64,000 nt of DNA from a virus. Lineage: Duplodnaviria > Heunggongvirae > Uroviricota > Caudoviricetes. Positions 37,572-47,651 of the stretch are shown here, one piece after another (position 1 is the first letter of the stretch; each line of letters opens with the position of its first letter). Below the pieces are notes generated by a model that searched no databases, had not been told where the DNA came from, and saw only the letters and a list, made by a program, of their open reading frames with translations. The DNA lies in IMG/VR virus record IMGVR_UViG_3300022660_000050; one strand, written 5' to 3'. Both the position numbers and the translations under genes were made by a program.

Positions 37572-39086
37572 ATGTTTAAATTTAATAATACACATATTTT
37601 TACAGGTTATTTGAAGCAGCTTCTTGCTTCATTTAACCTGCCTACATGCAAAATATATACGAGAGATTTTGCAAAATATTTAGAGCAGCACGGCACAGAA
37701 GATCCAAGAGTACTTCAATCTTTTGACTCTTTTGCAGTCGGTGAGAAAGAAAAGGCAGCTGTGCGTATAAACTACTTAAAAAATAATGTACCTTATAGCT
37801 ATTTTTCTAAAACCCCCAGTTTAAACGGAAAAGCTGCCTGGAAAAAAAGTGCTGACGTATTTTATACCAGCGACAAAACTATTAGAGGTTTGACACGTTC
37901 ACTCTATAACCAAAGTGCTACTTACGATACTGAAACGCACGAATATTTAGGAGAGTACCTACGATTCCTAAGAGATTATCATAATGTAGATTTGATGCCT
38001 CTTTATAACTGTTTTAGTAATAAAATATATAATAATATATCCTTCTCCTTTCCAAATAATAGCAAAAGAGTAATATTTAACTCACAGGATTCTAACTATA
38101 GGATCTATGCCCTACCAGTTAAACTTTTTGCTAATTATACTATTGCAATAGACTGTGAACAGGATATAGAGCTATTCTGTGGTCTGTACAGTACTAGTCT
38201 TGATACGTCCACAAAAGGAGAAGAGCTAGCAAGCAAAACATATGAAAAAGCCAGCAAAACCTTATTTAAGCGTCCTTTTATATACGATAAACTCAGTCTT
38301 GCCTACTGGAACGCTGAAACAGATTTTAATGCTACAACCGGTCTTCCGTATATGGATAGATATACCAGATGGGATCTCACTTTGCGTGAACAAAACTTAA
38401 GACTTTTTATAAAAGTGCCAACTGGATGTCGTTCTTCTATTACGATATTAGAAGGAGACTTTAGAAATTATAATAATGTAAAATATGCGCCGGTTCAGTA
38501 CAAGCAGGATGGAACAGTTTATAATCCAAAGATAGACCCTGAAGATGCAGCGGTCAAGGCAATGTGGGTTTACCAAAACAATAAAAGTATAATGAACTTT
38601 AATGCTAATCAGGTAGACCTGAACAGATATGACTTTAATCCTATCTGTCAATTACAACTATTAGCTTTTAACACAGAAGAGTCTTATCCTTTTTCTGACA
38701 AGCTTATAGAGTATCTTGGCGGTAGTGCAATAACACCGCTGGATCCAATTACGGATAACATCAAAAGAGCACAGCGCGTCATGTCTCAAAATAAAAACTA
38801 CTTTAGAATAGAAGGACTATGGGAAAATAAAATGCGTAATATAGTCTATGATAATATGTTAAATGCAGGACCTTTCTCAGCACAAGATGGTAAAATCTTG
38901 GATAGAAGACTTGGTTATAACAATGGACTCGGACGAACCAAGAAAAGTACAACATTTGATGTCTTAGGCTATATTGATAAAGACACTGAGAAGCGTTACT
39001 CTAGCTGGAAAATAGAAAACAATAAAGTAGTAACTAAAAATAATATTCAAAATGTAGATATTTATGACGGTCTATATGACATTTAA
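37572..39086 (+). CDS. hypothetical tail/baseplate protein
   Basis: ORF with AAGGAG RBS directly after TMP. Confidence 0.45.
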   Translation: MFKFNNTHIFTGYLKQLLASFNLPTCKIYTRDFAKYLEQHGTEDPRVLQSFDSFAVGEKEKAAVRINYLKNNVPYSYFSKTPSLNGKAAWKKSADVFYTSDKTIRGLTRSLYNQSATYDTETHEYLGEYLRFLRDYHNVDLMPLYNCFSNKIYNNISFSFPNNSKRVIFNSQDSNYRIYALPVKLFANYTIAIDCEQDIELFCGLYSTSLDTSTKGEELASKTYEKASKTLFKRPFIYDKLSLAYWNAETDFNATTGLPYMDRYTRWDLTLREQNLRLFIKVPTGCRSSITILEGDFRNYNNVKYAPVQYKQDGTVYNPKIDPEDAAVKAMWVYQNNKSIMNFNANQVDLNRYDFNPICQLQLLAFNTEESYPFSDKLIEYLGGSAITPLDPITDNIKRAQRVMSQNKNYFRIEGLWENKMRNIVYDNMLNAGPFSAQDGKILDRRLGYNNGLGRTKKSTTFDVLGYIDKDTEKRYSSWKIENNKVVTKNNIQNVDIYDGLYDI

Positions 39087-39097
39087 GGAGGAATAAA

Positions 39098-39685
39098 ATG
39101 GCAAGTGCAGATATTTTAAGCAGAGTTTTACCAGACTGCTACCTATATATTTCACACCTAGATGTTCCAGAGGAAGCTAAGTATTGGCAGCTTCCCGGCT
39201 ACCCAGACAAAGTTACAGACCAAATGCAATCTTCCTTTCAGGAAAATACTGCGTTAGGTCGTTCAGCTCCGGTATATACGTTCAGCCACTCTGGTCCACG
39301 TTCTGTTCAGATAAATATTAGTTTTCATCGTGATATGTTTGACGAAATGCCTACCAATGTTACTTTAGAAGAAGGTGAGGATAAAGCAGAAAGCTTTATT
39401 CATGCGCTACAGGCAATTGCAGTACCAAAATATAATCTTGCTAATAAGGCAGTTGAGCCGCCTCTTGTCGCCATTCGACTTGGTAGAGAAGTCTTTATAA
39501 AAGGAATCGTTTCTGGTGGCGTTTCAGTTACTTACGGAAAGCCTATTTTATCAAATGAAAAGTATGCTTTAGTTGATATTAGTTTTACTGTATCTGAAGT
39601 AGACCCTTATGATGCTTCTACAGTATATAAAAATGGATCTTTCCGCGGACTAACAGCTACACTCAGGTCTGGCTTACATTATTAA
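39098..39685 (+). CDS. hypothetical tail/baseplate protein
   Basis: AAGGAGG RBS. Confidence 0.45.
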   Translation: MASADILSRVLPDCYLYISHLDVPEEAKYWQLPGYPDKVTDQMQSSFQENTALGRSAPVYTFSHSGPRSVQINISFHRDMFDEMPTNVTLEEGEDKAESFIHALQAIAVPKYNLANKAVEPPLVAIRLGREVFIKGIVSGGVSVTYGKPILSNEKYALVDISFTVSEVDPYDASTVYKNGSFRGLTATLRSGLHY

Positions 39686-39704
39686 GTAGTAAAGGAGCAA
39701 AATT

Positions 39705-40034
39705 ATGGATACACTAAAAAATAAAACCTATGCTAGCTTTGATTACTTAAGTAGATATACTAACGTACCCTATTATTATGATACTTTAAAGGATAGACAA
39801 ATATTTGGTATTGGCACTAACCTAAAAACTAATACAGAGTTCGTTACTCATAAAGTAAAGAGTAACGATACTCTACATTCGCTTGCGCTTAAGTATTATA
39901 ATAATCCTACTTATTGGTGGGTAATTGCATATTTTAATAATGTACAGGACTCTTTTAAACCACTTATTGAAAAGTATCAAACACTTAAAATTCCTAATAT
40001 TACAAGTGTTGAGTTTGGAAGTGTGAATAAATGA
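39705..40034 (+). CDS. LysM-like domain tail protein (XkdP/gpX-like position)
   Basis: HKVKSNDTLHSLALKYYNNPTYWWVIAYFNN resembles a LysM motif. A LysM protein after TMP is typical of PBSX-like and P2-like tails. Confidence 0.4.
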   Translation: MDTLKNKTYASFDYLSRYTNVPYYYDTLKDRQIFGIGTNLKTNTEFVTHKVKSNDTLHSLALKYYNNPTYWWVIAYFNNVQDSFKPLIEKYQTLKIPNITSVEFGSVNK

Positions 40035-41320
40035 GTAACTTAATTTTAAACAGAAAACTTCTATCAAGCCAAGCTAGAATTCAGGTTCCATGGGTTAAGG
40101 TAACAATTGGCGACTATACTTTCGGTATATTTGATGACCAAACTAAAAGGTGGGGCGAGGATAACGCCGGCTTCTATCAGCCTTTTTCTATACAGTATCC
40201 GCAGTATATCAAGCAGCTTGAAGTAAAAAAGATAAACGGTCAGGTAAATAGATATACTCTAAGTATTGAATATCCAGTTACTCAGTTTGACGACCCAAAC
40301 TTTTTTGAAAAAGTTTTTTCAAGTGTTAGCAAAACCAGAAAGATTATTTTTACCTACGGTGATGCGGAAACTCCTGCATATATTTATAGAAACGAAGAGG
40401 CAATCATAACAAAGGTATCTCAGCAGTTTAGACTGGCTAGTAGCACAATCGCATATACTGTAGAAGCTGTGTCAAGCGCAGCACTCTCAGTAGACGGCAA
40501 TATAACCATGCTCGGCTCAGGTGGAGCAAAAGTAAAGCCAAGTGATGAAATAAAAAAATTATTTAAAAATAATAAAAGCCTACAAAATACTTTTACAGGT
40601 ATGTCAGTTGGAAACTTAGAGTCTCTTATTGCTGGTGATGATATGGCAGTTACCCTTGACTCTAAACGAAATATCTCGGCGATCGACTACATAAATTATC
40701 TGGTTGGTTGTATGATACCGGAAGGTACTCAAAGTGGTTTAAGTAAAGAAGTCTACATCATGACTATCTATGACGACTCAATTACTAATTCTGATAAAAA
40801 CCTTAGTAACAAAGGTCCTTATTTCAAGGTATCAAAAGTTTCTGCAGTAATGGAAAGAGATGATGCCTACGAAATCGATATTGGTATAAATACATCTACT
40901 ATTGTAAGATCTTTTGAAATTGAAGCTAACGAAAACTACTCAATCTACTATGAGTACCAGAATCTGGCACACCCACAGGAGTATGTTCGTAGACTGGGTG
41001 ATGATGGACTTTGGACCGACGAATATGCACCAACCGGCCTGCTAAGAAATGACCAATCCAGCTTGAGTACTAATGATGTAGTTTGGTGGACAAAGGCTAC
41101 ACAGTTCCCTATAAATGCCACAATACAGATTCAGGGACTCTTACGACCTGCTACACTCATGCAGTATGTAAAACTAAATGTAATTTTCCCTGGTGGTAAT
41201 AAGCATATAGCCAGCGGCCTTTATATTGTAACTAGACAGATAGATAATATTGGACCGAATGGTTATGCTACAAACCTTGGCTTAACAAGAATTAAAGGTG
41301 ACATGGATAAAATTAATTAA
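40031..41320 (+). CDS. hypothetical baseplate/tail protein
   Basis: ORF overlaps the upstream stop. Last gene before a terminator. Confidence 0.45.
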   Translation: MSNLILNRKLLSSQARIQVPWVKVTIGDYTFGIFDDQTKRWGEDNAGFYQPFSIQYPQYIKQLEVKKINGQVNRYTLSIEYPVTQFDDPNFFEKVFSSVSKTRKIIFTYGDAETPAYIYRNEEAIITKVSQQFRLASSTIAYTVEAVSSAALSVDGNITMLGSGGAKVKPSDEIKKLFKNNKSLQNTFTGMSVGNLESLIAGDDMAVTLDSKRNISAIDYINYLVGCMIPEGTQSGLSKEVYIMTIYDDSITNSDKNLSNKGPYFKVSKVSAVMERDDAYEIDIGINTSTIVRSFEIEANENYSIYYEYQNLAHPQEYVRRLGDDGLWTDEYAPTGLLRNDQSSLSTNDVVWWTKATQFPINATIQIQGLLRPATLMQYVKLNVIFPGGNKHIASGLYIVTRQIDNIGPNGYATNLGLTRIKGDMDKIN

Positions 41321-41335
41321 ATACTAAAAACTAAG

Positions 41336-41376
41336 ATAACCTTATTGTATTATATAATAAGGTTATTTTTATTTTA
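41336..41376 (+). terminator. terminator hairpin (ATAACCTTATTGTATTATATAATAAGGTTAT) plus T-run
   Basis: Seen directly. Confidence 0.55.
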
Positions 41377-41389
41377 AAGGAGATTTTTT

Positions 41390-41812
41390 ATGGCGCTTAA
41401 AGAAATGATTAACCAAAAGTTTATTGAAGCTTTCAAAACAAGAGAGTATATCCGAAGATATCCTTATGAAATTATGAAGCAGAGAATTATGACAGCTGAG
41501 AAGTCCGGGCAGTTTGAGCTTCCGCTTACTGATGAGCAAATTGTAAATATCATTGCAAAAGAAGTAAAGGAAAGAGAAGAGCTACTTTCTGTATATAAAC
41601 CCGAGGATGAACAGTATATTCTTGCAGAGTATTCTATTAAAGAACTTTCTCAGTATCTTCCTAAGCAAATGTCAGAAGACGAAGTTATTGAGATTATCAG
41701 AAGGATCAAAGAGACTGAGTCTAATATGGGAAAAGTTATCGGTCTTACTGTAAAAGAAGTCGGCAACAGATTCGATAAGTCTAAGATTGCTCAGTTGGTA
41801 AAGAATGTATAA
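41390..41812 (+). CDS. YqeY/GatB-domain-like protein
   Basis: LTDEQIVNIIAKEVKEREE, YLPKQMSEDEV and MGKVIGLTVKEVGNRFDKSKIAQLVKNV match hallmark segments of YqeY family proteins. Confidence 0.5.
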   Translation: MALKEMINQKFIEAFKTREYIRRYPYEIMKQRIMTAEKSGQFELPLTDEQIVNIIAKEVKEREELLSVYKPEDEQYILAEYSIKELSQYLPKQMSEDEVIEIIRRIKETESNMGKVIGLTVKEVGNRFDKSKIAQLVKNV

Positions 41813-41833
41813 AAATTAAAAAAGGTATTAAAT

Positions 41834-41880
41834 TTGGAAGGAGCTTACTGTATAATAAAATAGCACCTTCCACTTTTATT
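41834..41880 (+). terminator. terminator hairpin (TGGAAGG..CCTTCCA) plus T-run
   Basis: Seen directly. Confidence 0.5.
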
Positions 41881-41921
41881 TACAAAAAAAAATATTTTTA
41901 AAATCGAAAGGAAACAAAAAA

Positions 41922-43118
41922 ATGGTTGGATTTATTTTTGGCATTATCTTCCTCATCGCCGGTATTATTACCGCTGTTTGTCTTGCACAGTATAAGAAGA
42001 CTGAGAAGACTGAAGAGTACGTACTCGACGAAGGAGGCAATCGCGTAAGAAACGCTTATGGCGGTTATCAGACTACAATGAAGAGTACAGTTACAAAGCC
42101 TCTTGCAAAGTTCAGTGTAGTTTCTGTAGTTGCAGGTATTTTCCTCGGTCTTCTTCTTACTTTCTTCGGCTGTATTGCTTCAGTTGATACCGGTCATGTT
42201 GGTATTGTAAGAACATTTGGTAAGGTTGAGAATTATACCTTTGATGCAGGTTTTCATCTCAAGGCACCTTGGCAGTCTGTAACTAAGATGGATAACAGAG
42301 TACAGAAGACTACTATTGAGCTTCCTTGCTTTAGCTCCGACATCCAGGAAGTAAATACTACATATACTGTAAACTATCAGATTTCAAAGACTAATGCTCA
42401 GAACCTCTATAGAGATATTGGAACTGGTTATCTTGAGACTGTTGTAAATCCCACAATTCAGGAAACAGTAAAAACTATTATTGCAAAATATACGGCAGAG
42501 GAACTTATCGGTAAGCGTGCAGAAGTTGCTGTAGAAATTGAGACTTTGCTTACTACAAATCTTCAGAAGTATAATATTGATGTATCTTCTACTGCTATTG
42601 AGAATATGGACTTTACCGATAGCTTTACTAATGCAGTTGAGGCTAAAGCTGTTGCTGCTCAGAATAAGCTTCAGGCTCAGATTGAGCAGGAAAGACTTAC
42701 TATGGAAGCTCAGCAAGCTGCAGAGCGTGCTAAGGTCGAAGCTGCAGCTCAGGCTGAGGTAAATAAGATCAATGCAAATGCACAGGCCGAAGTTGATAAA
42801 ATTAAGGCAGAGGCAGATGCAAAAGTTGCTGAGATTAGTGCAAACGCAGCAGAGTATCAGGGTCAGAAGGATGCAGCTATTGCGCTCCAGAGACTTGCTT
42901 CTATTAATGGTTGGACAGTAAAGACAGAAAAGATTGATGATACACACACTAAGTATACTGTGTGTTATGCAGATGGCACTCCTGTAACTGAAGCTGACCT
43001 TAAGATTGGTGCTCAGAGACTTATTGAGTATTATTACACTCAGTCTTGGGACGGAAAGCTTCCTGATACTTTTGTAGGTGACGGCGACGTTTCTAATATC
43101 ATTATCGGTAATAACTAA
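41922..43118 (+). CDS. SPFH/band-7 (HflK/C-, prohibitin-like) membrane protein with a C-terminal coiled coil
   Basis: N-terminal TM helix, then GHVGIVRTFGKVEN..FDAGFHLKAPWQSV..DNRVQ and the downstream SPFH pattern, then an Ala/Gln/Glu coiled coil. Confidence 0.65.
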   Translation: MVGFIFGIIFLIAGIITAVCLAQYKKTEKTEEYVLDEGGNRVRNAYGGYQTTMKSTVTKPLAKFSVVSVVAGIFLGLLLTFFGCIASVDTGHVGIVRTFGKVENYTFDAGFHLKAPWQSVTKMDNRVQKTTIELPCFSSDIQEVNTTYTVNYQISKTNAQNLYRDIGTGYLETVVNPTIQETVKTIIAKYTAEELIGKRAEVAVEIETLLTTNLQKYNIDVSSTAIENMDFTDSFTNAVEAKAVAAQNKLQAQIEQERLTMEAQQAAERAKVEAAAQAEVNKINANAQAEVDKIKAEADAKVAEISANAAEYQGQKDAAIALQRLASINGWTVKTEKIDDTHTKYTVCYADGTPVTEADLKIGAQRLIEYYYTQSWDGKLPDTFVGDGDVSNIIIGNN

Positions 43119-43129
43119 AGAATAGTATA

Positions 43130-43174
43130 AAGAACAATACTGAGAATTTTATCTCGGTATTGTTCTTTTTTTTT
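43130..43174 (+). terminator. intrinsic terminator (AAGAACAATAC..GTATTGTTCTT plus T9)
   Basis: Seen directly. Confidence 0.65.
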
Positions 43175-43243
43175 CTATTAATTTATTAATTTAATAAATT
43201 TCATATTGTATTATATATTACAAAGTGATTAAGGAGGACGTAA

Positions 43244-44353
43244 ATGATTTATACTTATCAGAAGCCTTTGCAAGGTAAAACAGTTGGTGTTGTCTTCGGA
43301 ACTTTTGCTCCGCTTCATCAGGGACACCTTGATGTTATTATGCGAGCTAAGAAAGAATGCGACGGTGGTTGTATTGTTATCGTAGACGGTAGAGACGGAG
43401 ATCGTGGTGGTGAGCTTATGCCTCTTAGAAAGCGTTATCGTTATGTAAGAGAGTTCTTTGCCGACGACGACCTTGTGGCTGTTTACCCTATCGATGAGAC
43501 TGAGCTTGGTATCGAAGCTTATCCTAATGGGTGGAATAAGTTTATGCTTAAGGTAAATGAGATTATCAGAAATGCTACAGATTTGTGCGAGGCTGTTTTC
43601 TATGTAAGCGAGGAGGCATATGCTACTCATCTTGAAAGTCTTGGCTATGAAGTGGTGTTACTTGATAGAACACTTAACCCTATTTCTGCGACAATGATCA
43701 GACATAATCCTATTAAGTATTGGGATAAAATTACTTTTCCCTTCAGAAGAGTCTTCAGTACTAATATTCTTATCTGCGGCACAGCAAGTGAAGGAAAAAC
43801 TACTCTTGTAAAAGACCTTGGTAAGTATTTCAACGCACCCTATTCTACTGAATATGCAAGAGACTATATGGAAGAAAGTTATATTTCTGAGTGGGAACTC
43901 GACGGGGCTGACTATCTTGCTTTTCTTGACGGTCAGTATCAGATGAATAAGAAACTCATCAACTCGCCAAGTAATCAGGGAATCTTCTTCGCAGACTCTG
44001 ATAGTATGACTACTCGAATGTATGCTGAGTATTATCACAGAGACCCTGATCTCGACCTAACTGAGGAAGAGTTTAAAGAAATCGCTGTTGCTGCGGATGC
44101 GATCACTAAGAAATGTCGTTGGGATAAAATTTATCTTCTCTGCCCTCACGGAGTATTTGTAGACGACCATACTAGATACATGGCTTTCAGCGGCGATACA
44201 GAAAGAAGAGAACTCTTTGAGATTCTTTGTAACAATATCAAAGCTTCAGGTAATTGGGATAAGGTAGTTATCCTCGACGGCGGATATTATAATAACTTTA
44301 AGAAAATTGTTGATGATGTAAAGGAGATTATTGAAAATGGTAAAATGGCTTAA
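43244..44353 (+). CDS. nadR: NadR-like bifunctional NMN adenylyltransferase / ribosylnicotinamide kinase
   Basis: N-terminal nucleotidyltransferase motif GTFAPLHQGHLDVI (H/TxGH). C-terminal P-loop ICGTASEGKTTL. AAGGAGG RBS. Confidence 0.6.
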   Translation: MIYTYQKPLQGKTVGVVFGTFAPLHQGHLDVIMRAKKECDGGCIVIVDGRDGDRGGELMPLRKRYRYVREFFADDDLVAVYPIDETELGIEAYPNGWNKFMLKVNEIIRNATDLCEAVFYVSEEAYATHLESLGYEVVLLDRTLNPISATMIRHNPIKYWDKITFPFRRVFSTNILICGTASEGKTTLVKDLGKYFNAPYSTEYARDYMEESYISEWELDGADYLAFLDGQYQMNKKLINSPSNQGIFFADSDSMTTRMYAEYYHRDPDLDLTEEEFKEIAVAADAITKKCRWDKIYLLCPHGVFVDDHTRYMAFSGDTERRELFEILCNNIKASGNWDKVVILDGGYYNNFKKIVDDVKEIIENGKMA

Positions 44354-45017
44354 GAATGAATTTTGGAACGGCTACACGGCTTTTGAGAGAATCTTTTTCG
44401 CTTCCTTGATTTTGCTTCAGGTAATTATGTATTTCATCGTCCCTGACACTGCTATCGGAATTATCTGTGGACTTGCGGGTGTTATCTGTGTCGCTCTCAC
44501 AGCAAAGGGAAAGATTTCTTCGTATATCTTTAACTTTGTGCAGATGATTACTTATATGATTATTTGCTGGGACCTTGCTCTCTATCTTGAGTTTGGCGAA
44601 CAGGTGTTCTACTTTATTGTTTGTATCTTCGGCGTTTTTATGTGGAAGAAGAATATGAAGAAGAATGACGACGGTACTGAACAGGTTAAGGCAAAGAAGT
44701 TTAAGCTTTGGCAGTGGCTTGGGTCTGTTGGCGTAGTAGCGGTAAGTACTTTCCTTCTTGGTTATTTCGGTGAAGCCGTTCTCGGAAGCACCCTTCCTTA
44801 TCTTGATGCTATGACTGTTGCTCTTGCTGTTATTGCCCAGCTTCTTATGATTTGGAGATATAGAGAACAGTGGGCGTGCTGGATTCTTATCGATGTAGTA
44901 AGTTTGGTTATGTTTATTATTCTCGGTCAGTGGTCTATGGTTGCTATGTATATTGCTTGGACTGCTAATGCTTTCTACGGTTGGTATAACTGGACTAAAC
45001 TTCAGAAGGCCGCGTAA
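44337..45017 (+). CDS. pnuC: PnuC-like nicotinamide riboside transporter
   Basis: Multi-TM protein ending AWTANAFYGWYNW (PnuC signature). Translationally coupled to the nadR-like gene. Confidence 0.55.
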   Translation: MVKWLKNEFWNGYTAFERIFFASLILLQVIMYFIVPDTAIGIICGLAGVICVALTAKGKISSYIFNFVQMITYMIICWDLALYLEFGEQVFYFIVCIFGVFMWKKNMKKNDDGTEQVKAKKFKLWQWLGSVGVVAVSTFLLGYFGEAVLGSTLPYLDAMTVALAVIAQLLMIWRYREQWACWILIDVVSLVMFIILGQWSMVAMYIAWTANAFYGWYNWTKLQKAA

Positions 45018-45034
45018 TTTTAAATAGTTAATAT

Positions 45035-45042
45035 TGTATAAT
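45035..45042 (+). promoter_or_regulatory. extended -10 promoter TGTATAAT
   Basis: ATATTGTATAATATAAT, 34 nt upstream of the ATG at 45076. Confidence 0.4.
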
Positions 45043-45075
45043 ATAATAAATTAAATTTGAAAGGATATTTAAAAA

Positions 45076-45465
45076 ATGAAAAAACTTTTTGCACTACTTC
45101 TTTGTATTATTGTTCTGGGAACTTGCTGCGTCGGCTTTGCTTCCTGCACTGCAGCAGACAATGTAAACCACAATCTTTCCCAGGCAGCCGACAATTTCCA
45201 ATGTCTCAGAAAGATCACGGTTTATAATGCTAGAACAGACCTCATTGTTATGGAAATGGAAGGTTATATGAGTCTTTCTAATACATCTACGAGTGAGCTT
45301 GTTGTTACTTGTAAGACCGGCGCTGATGAGTACAAAAAGAATTACATCTATCTTAATGAATATGTTATCTATGTAGTCGAAGATATTACGGGCACTTCTA
45401 CTGATCCCTTCCACTATAAGGTACACTTCTATACAGCCCTTCCTGATTTCGATGTAAATAAGTAA
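45076..45465 (+). CDS. lipoprotein (signal peptide with a lipobox)
   Basis: MKKLFALLLCIIVLGTCCVGFASC has the lipoprotein pattern (hydrophobic core, then a candidate lipobox cysteine). Confidence 0.55.
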   Translation: MKKLFALLLCIIVLGTCCVGFASCTAADNVNHNLSQAADNFQCLRKITVYNARTDLIVMEMEGYMSLSNTSTSELVVTCKTGADEYKKNYIYLNEYVIYVVEDITGTSTDPFHYKVHFYTALPDFDVNK

Positions 45466-45477
45466 AAGAATATTATA

Positions 45478-45519
45478 AAGAACAATATAAAGATTCAGAT
45501 CTTTGTATTGTTCTTTTCT
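45478..45519 (+). terminator. intrinsic terminator (AAGAACAATATAAAG..CTTTGTATTGTTCTT plus T-run)
   Basis: Seen directly. Confidence 0.6.
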
Positions 45520-45539
45520 TTTGCTAAATTATACGTAAG
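45520..45539 (+). promoter_or_regulatory. late-type promoter motif TTTGCTAAATTATACGTAAG
   Basis: Motif family member, 46 nt upstream of the ATG at 45567. Confidence 0.5.
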
Positions 45540-45566
45540 AAAATATCACAGAAAGGGACAAACCCT

Positions 45567-46721
45567 ATGAAATTAAACGAATGGAAAGATGGTAACGGAA
45601 ATAAAATTGGACAGGCTTCGTCTGCAACGGCCGCTACTATGACTAAAACAAATAAAGATAAGTTTATTAGTTTACTTTATTATATAATGAGAAACAGAGG
45701 TTCTCAAGTGCTTGATTCTAAAGTGCTAGGTCTTAATGATACTGGCTTTACTTACAGAGAATTACGTAAGATACCAACTGGTCAAGAAGAACTAATTGCC
45801 GTAGTAATTTTTACCGATGATCGTTGGCACATGAGTATCTATAAAAACGGTAAATGTGTAGATAACTATGCAGGAGAATCATGGGAGACTTTATTAGAAG
45901 CTCTCGAGGGTTATTATAATGTTCCTGTATCTGGTACAAAGGAATATGATAAACTATGTGAGTGGCTAGACAGTAAAGGAAATAAAGTAAGTATCTCTTC
46001 TTCGACACCCACCACAAGTACTTCTATCAAAAACAATGTTGATCAGACAGACAGATATAAAAGTCTAGTGGCACAAATAGATGCTGATGGCATTAGCACT
46101 TATACATTAAATGATTTAAATGCTACCGAACTTAATATTACAGTAAACCGTCCTAATAATAAAACTTTAGATATTAAAATAATCTATGACCCTGCTACTG
46201 ACACATATACTCTGAGAATGCTTGGACGTGAGCTTAAAGGCTGTGACTACAAAAAAGATATTCTGGAATTATTAGTAATAGGAAAAATTATTAAAGATAC
46301 TAATCTCTGTGAGTCGGCACTTAATGAGTTTGTAGATAAGAATGGAAAAAAGATAAATTTAAACAATTCTGCTGCACAGACAACTAATAAGACTTCTACT
46401 AAAAATTATCCAGACCAAACAGAAAGATATAAAAAGCTTTTAGCCCAAATTGACTCAGACGGATTTTGTAAGTATACTATTAATATATTAGATGATAGAA
46501 TACTTGCTATTACTCTTAATAACGGAGTCGGAGTAAAAATAATTTTTAAACCTTATGTTCCTTGCTACTTAGTTCAAGTCGACGGCTATGATAATAACTG
46601 TGATACTTTTGAAGATGTTCTAAAGCTTTTAATTATCGAAGGTATTATAGGAGATACCGACTTATGTGAGTCTACTTCCTTTGCCGACGACTTTAAGATA
46701 TACGAAGATATGTGGAACTAA
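45567..46721 (+). CDS. hypothetical protein with an internal tandem duplication
   Basis: Two repeats of about 110 aa (DQTDRYKSLVAQIDADG.. and DQTERYKKLLAQIDSDG.., each ending ..IIKDTNLCES / ..IIGDTDLCES). Confidence 0.5.
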   Translation: MKLNEWKDGNGNKIGQASSATAATMTKTNKDKFISLLYYIMRNRGSQVLDSKVLGLNDTGFTYRELRKIPTGQEELIAVVIFTDDRWHMSIYKNGKCVDNYAGESWETLLEALEGYYNVPVSGTKEYDKLCEWLDSKGNKVSISSSTPTTSTSIKNNVDQTDRYKSLVAQIDADGISTYTLNDLNATELNITVNRPNNKTLDIKIIYDPATDTYTLRMLGRELKGCDYKKDILELLVIGKIIKDTNLCESALNEFVDKNGKKINLNNSAAQTTNKTSTKNYPDQTERYKKLLAQIDSDGFCKYTINILDDRILAITLNNGVGVKIIFKPYVPCYLVQVDGYDNNCDTFEDVLKLLIIEGIIGDTDLCESTSFADDFKIYEDMWN

Positions 46722-46732
46722 TTAAATAATAA

Positions 46733-46772
46733 AAAGAACGAGTATAAAAAGTATTCGTTCTTTTTCTTTTTC
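46733..46772 (+). terminator. terminator hairpin plus T-run
   Basis: AAAAAGAACGAGTATAAAAAGTATTCGTTCTTTTTCTTTTTC. Confidence 0.5.
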
Positions 46773-46961
46773 GGCCGACATGAAAAAAAAATAATATGAG
46801 TTATATTTCCTTCTTAATCTCATATATAGAATACATATAATAATCCTACTATATATAAAATGAGTTATACCTTTTCATATATATAAATAAAACTTCTTTC
46901 TTCCTTAAGCCCCCTTATTAAACCATCAAGTTATTAAAATAATAAATAAGTTAAAAATATT

Positions 46962-46979
46962 ACGCTAAATTAATTGAAT
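46962..46979 (+). promoter_or_regulatory. late-type promoter motif ACGCTAAATTAATTGAAT
   Basis: Motif family member. Confidence 0.4.
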
Positions 46980-47102
46980 GGGAAAAAGGATTGGCATAGT
47001 TAGACTCAAATCTAATATAACCTATTTAAATAGCTAACTACTTGCTTCTGAGGCTTGCTTCCTTGGAAGCTTTTAATCTATATAGAAAGGCAGCAAGAAA
47101 AG

Positions 47103-47648
47103 ATGAATATGAATTTTATTAATGCTCTTCATGCTCTTAGCGCTATAGCAGAGGGCGGAGCGGATTATCAGAAAGAATATCAAGAGTATATAGAAGCACA
47201 TAAAGAAAGAGTAAAGAAGTTTGCTTCCTGGCTAGAAGAAAATTGTCCTGAAGTTTTCGAGGGCGTCGACCTCGATGCTTTCCATGAAGTTATTAATGAA
47301 CACGATGAGTCTAAATTCTCGGAAGAAGAGTTCGAGCCTTACGCTCAGAAGTGGTATGGCAACGGAGAGAAGACCTTCGAGTATGAGGAAGCATGGAAGC
47401 ATCACTGGATGAACAATGAGCATCACCCTGAATTCTGGCTGGGAGAAGACATGCCTTATATCTATATTCTTGAGATGCTCTGCGACTGGGGTTCCTTCTC
47501 TATAGATAAGGGAGACCTAAAAGAACTTTCTGATTTTTATTATAATAAAGCTATGGACGACCCGGAGAAGAATCTTTCTGATGCTACTAAAGAAATAATC
47601 CAAGATGTTCTTTCTCATATAGAGTCCGCGGCAGAAAGAGAGGAATAA
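47103..47648 (+). CDS. hypothetical His-rich protein
   Basis: ATG at 47103 after AAAGGCAGCAAGAAAAG. The track start at 47055 is upstream. Confidence 0.4.
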   Translation: MNMNFINALHALSAIAEGGADYQKEYQEYIEAHKERVKKFASWLEENCPEVFEGVDLDAFHEVINEHDESKFSEEEFEPYAQKWYGNGEKTFEYEEAWKHHWMNNEHHPEFWLGEDMPYIYILEMLCDWGSFSIDKGDLKELSDFYYNKAMDDPEKNLSDATKEIIQDVLSHIESAAEREE

Positions 47649-47651
47649 CTT

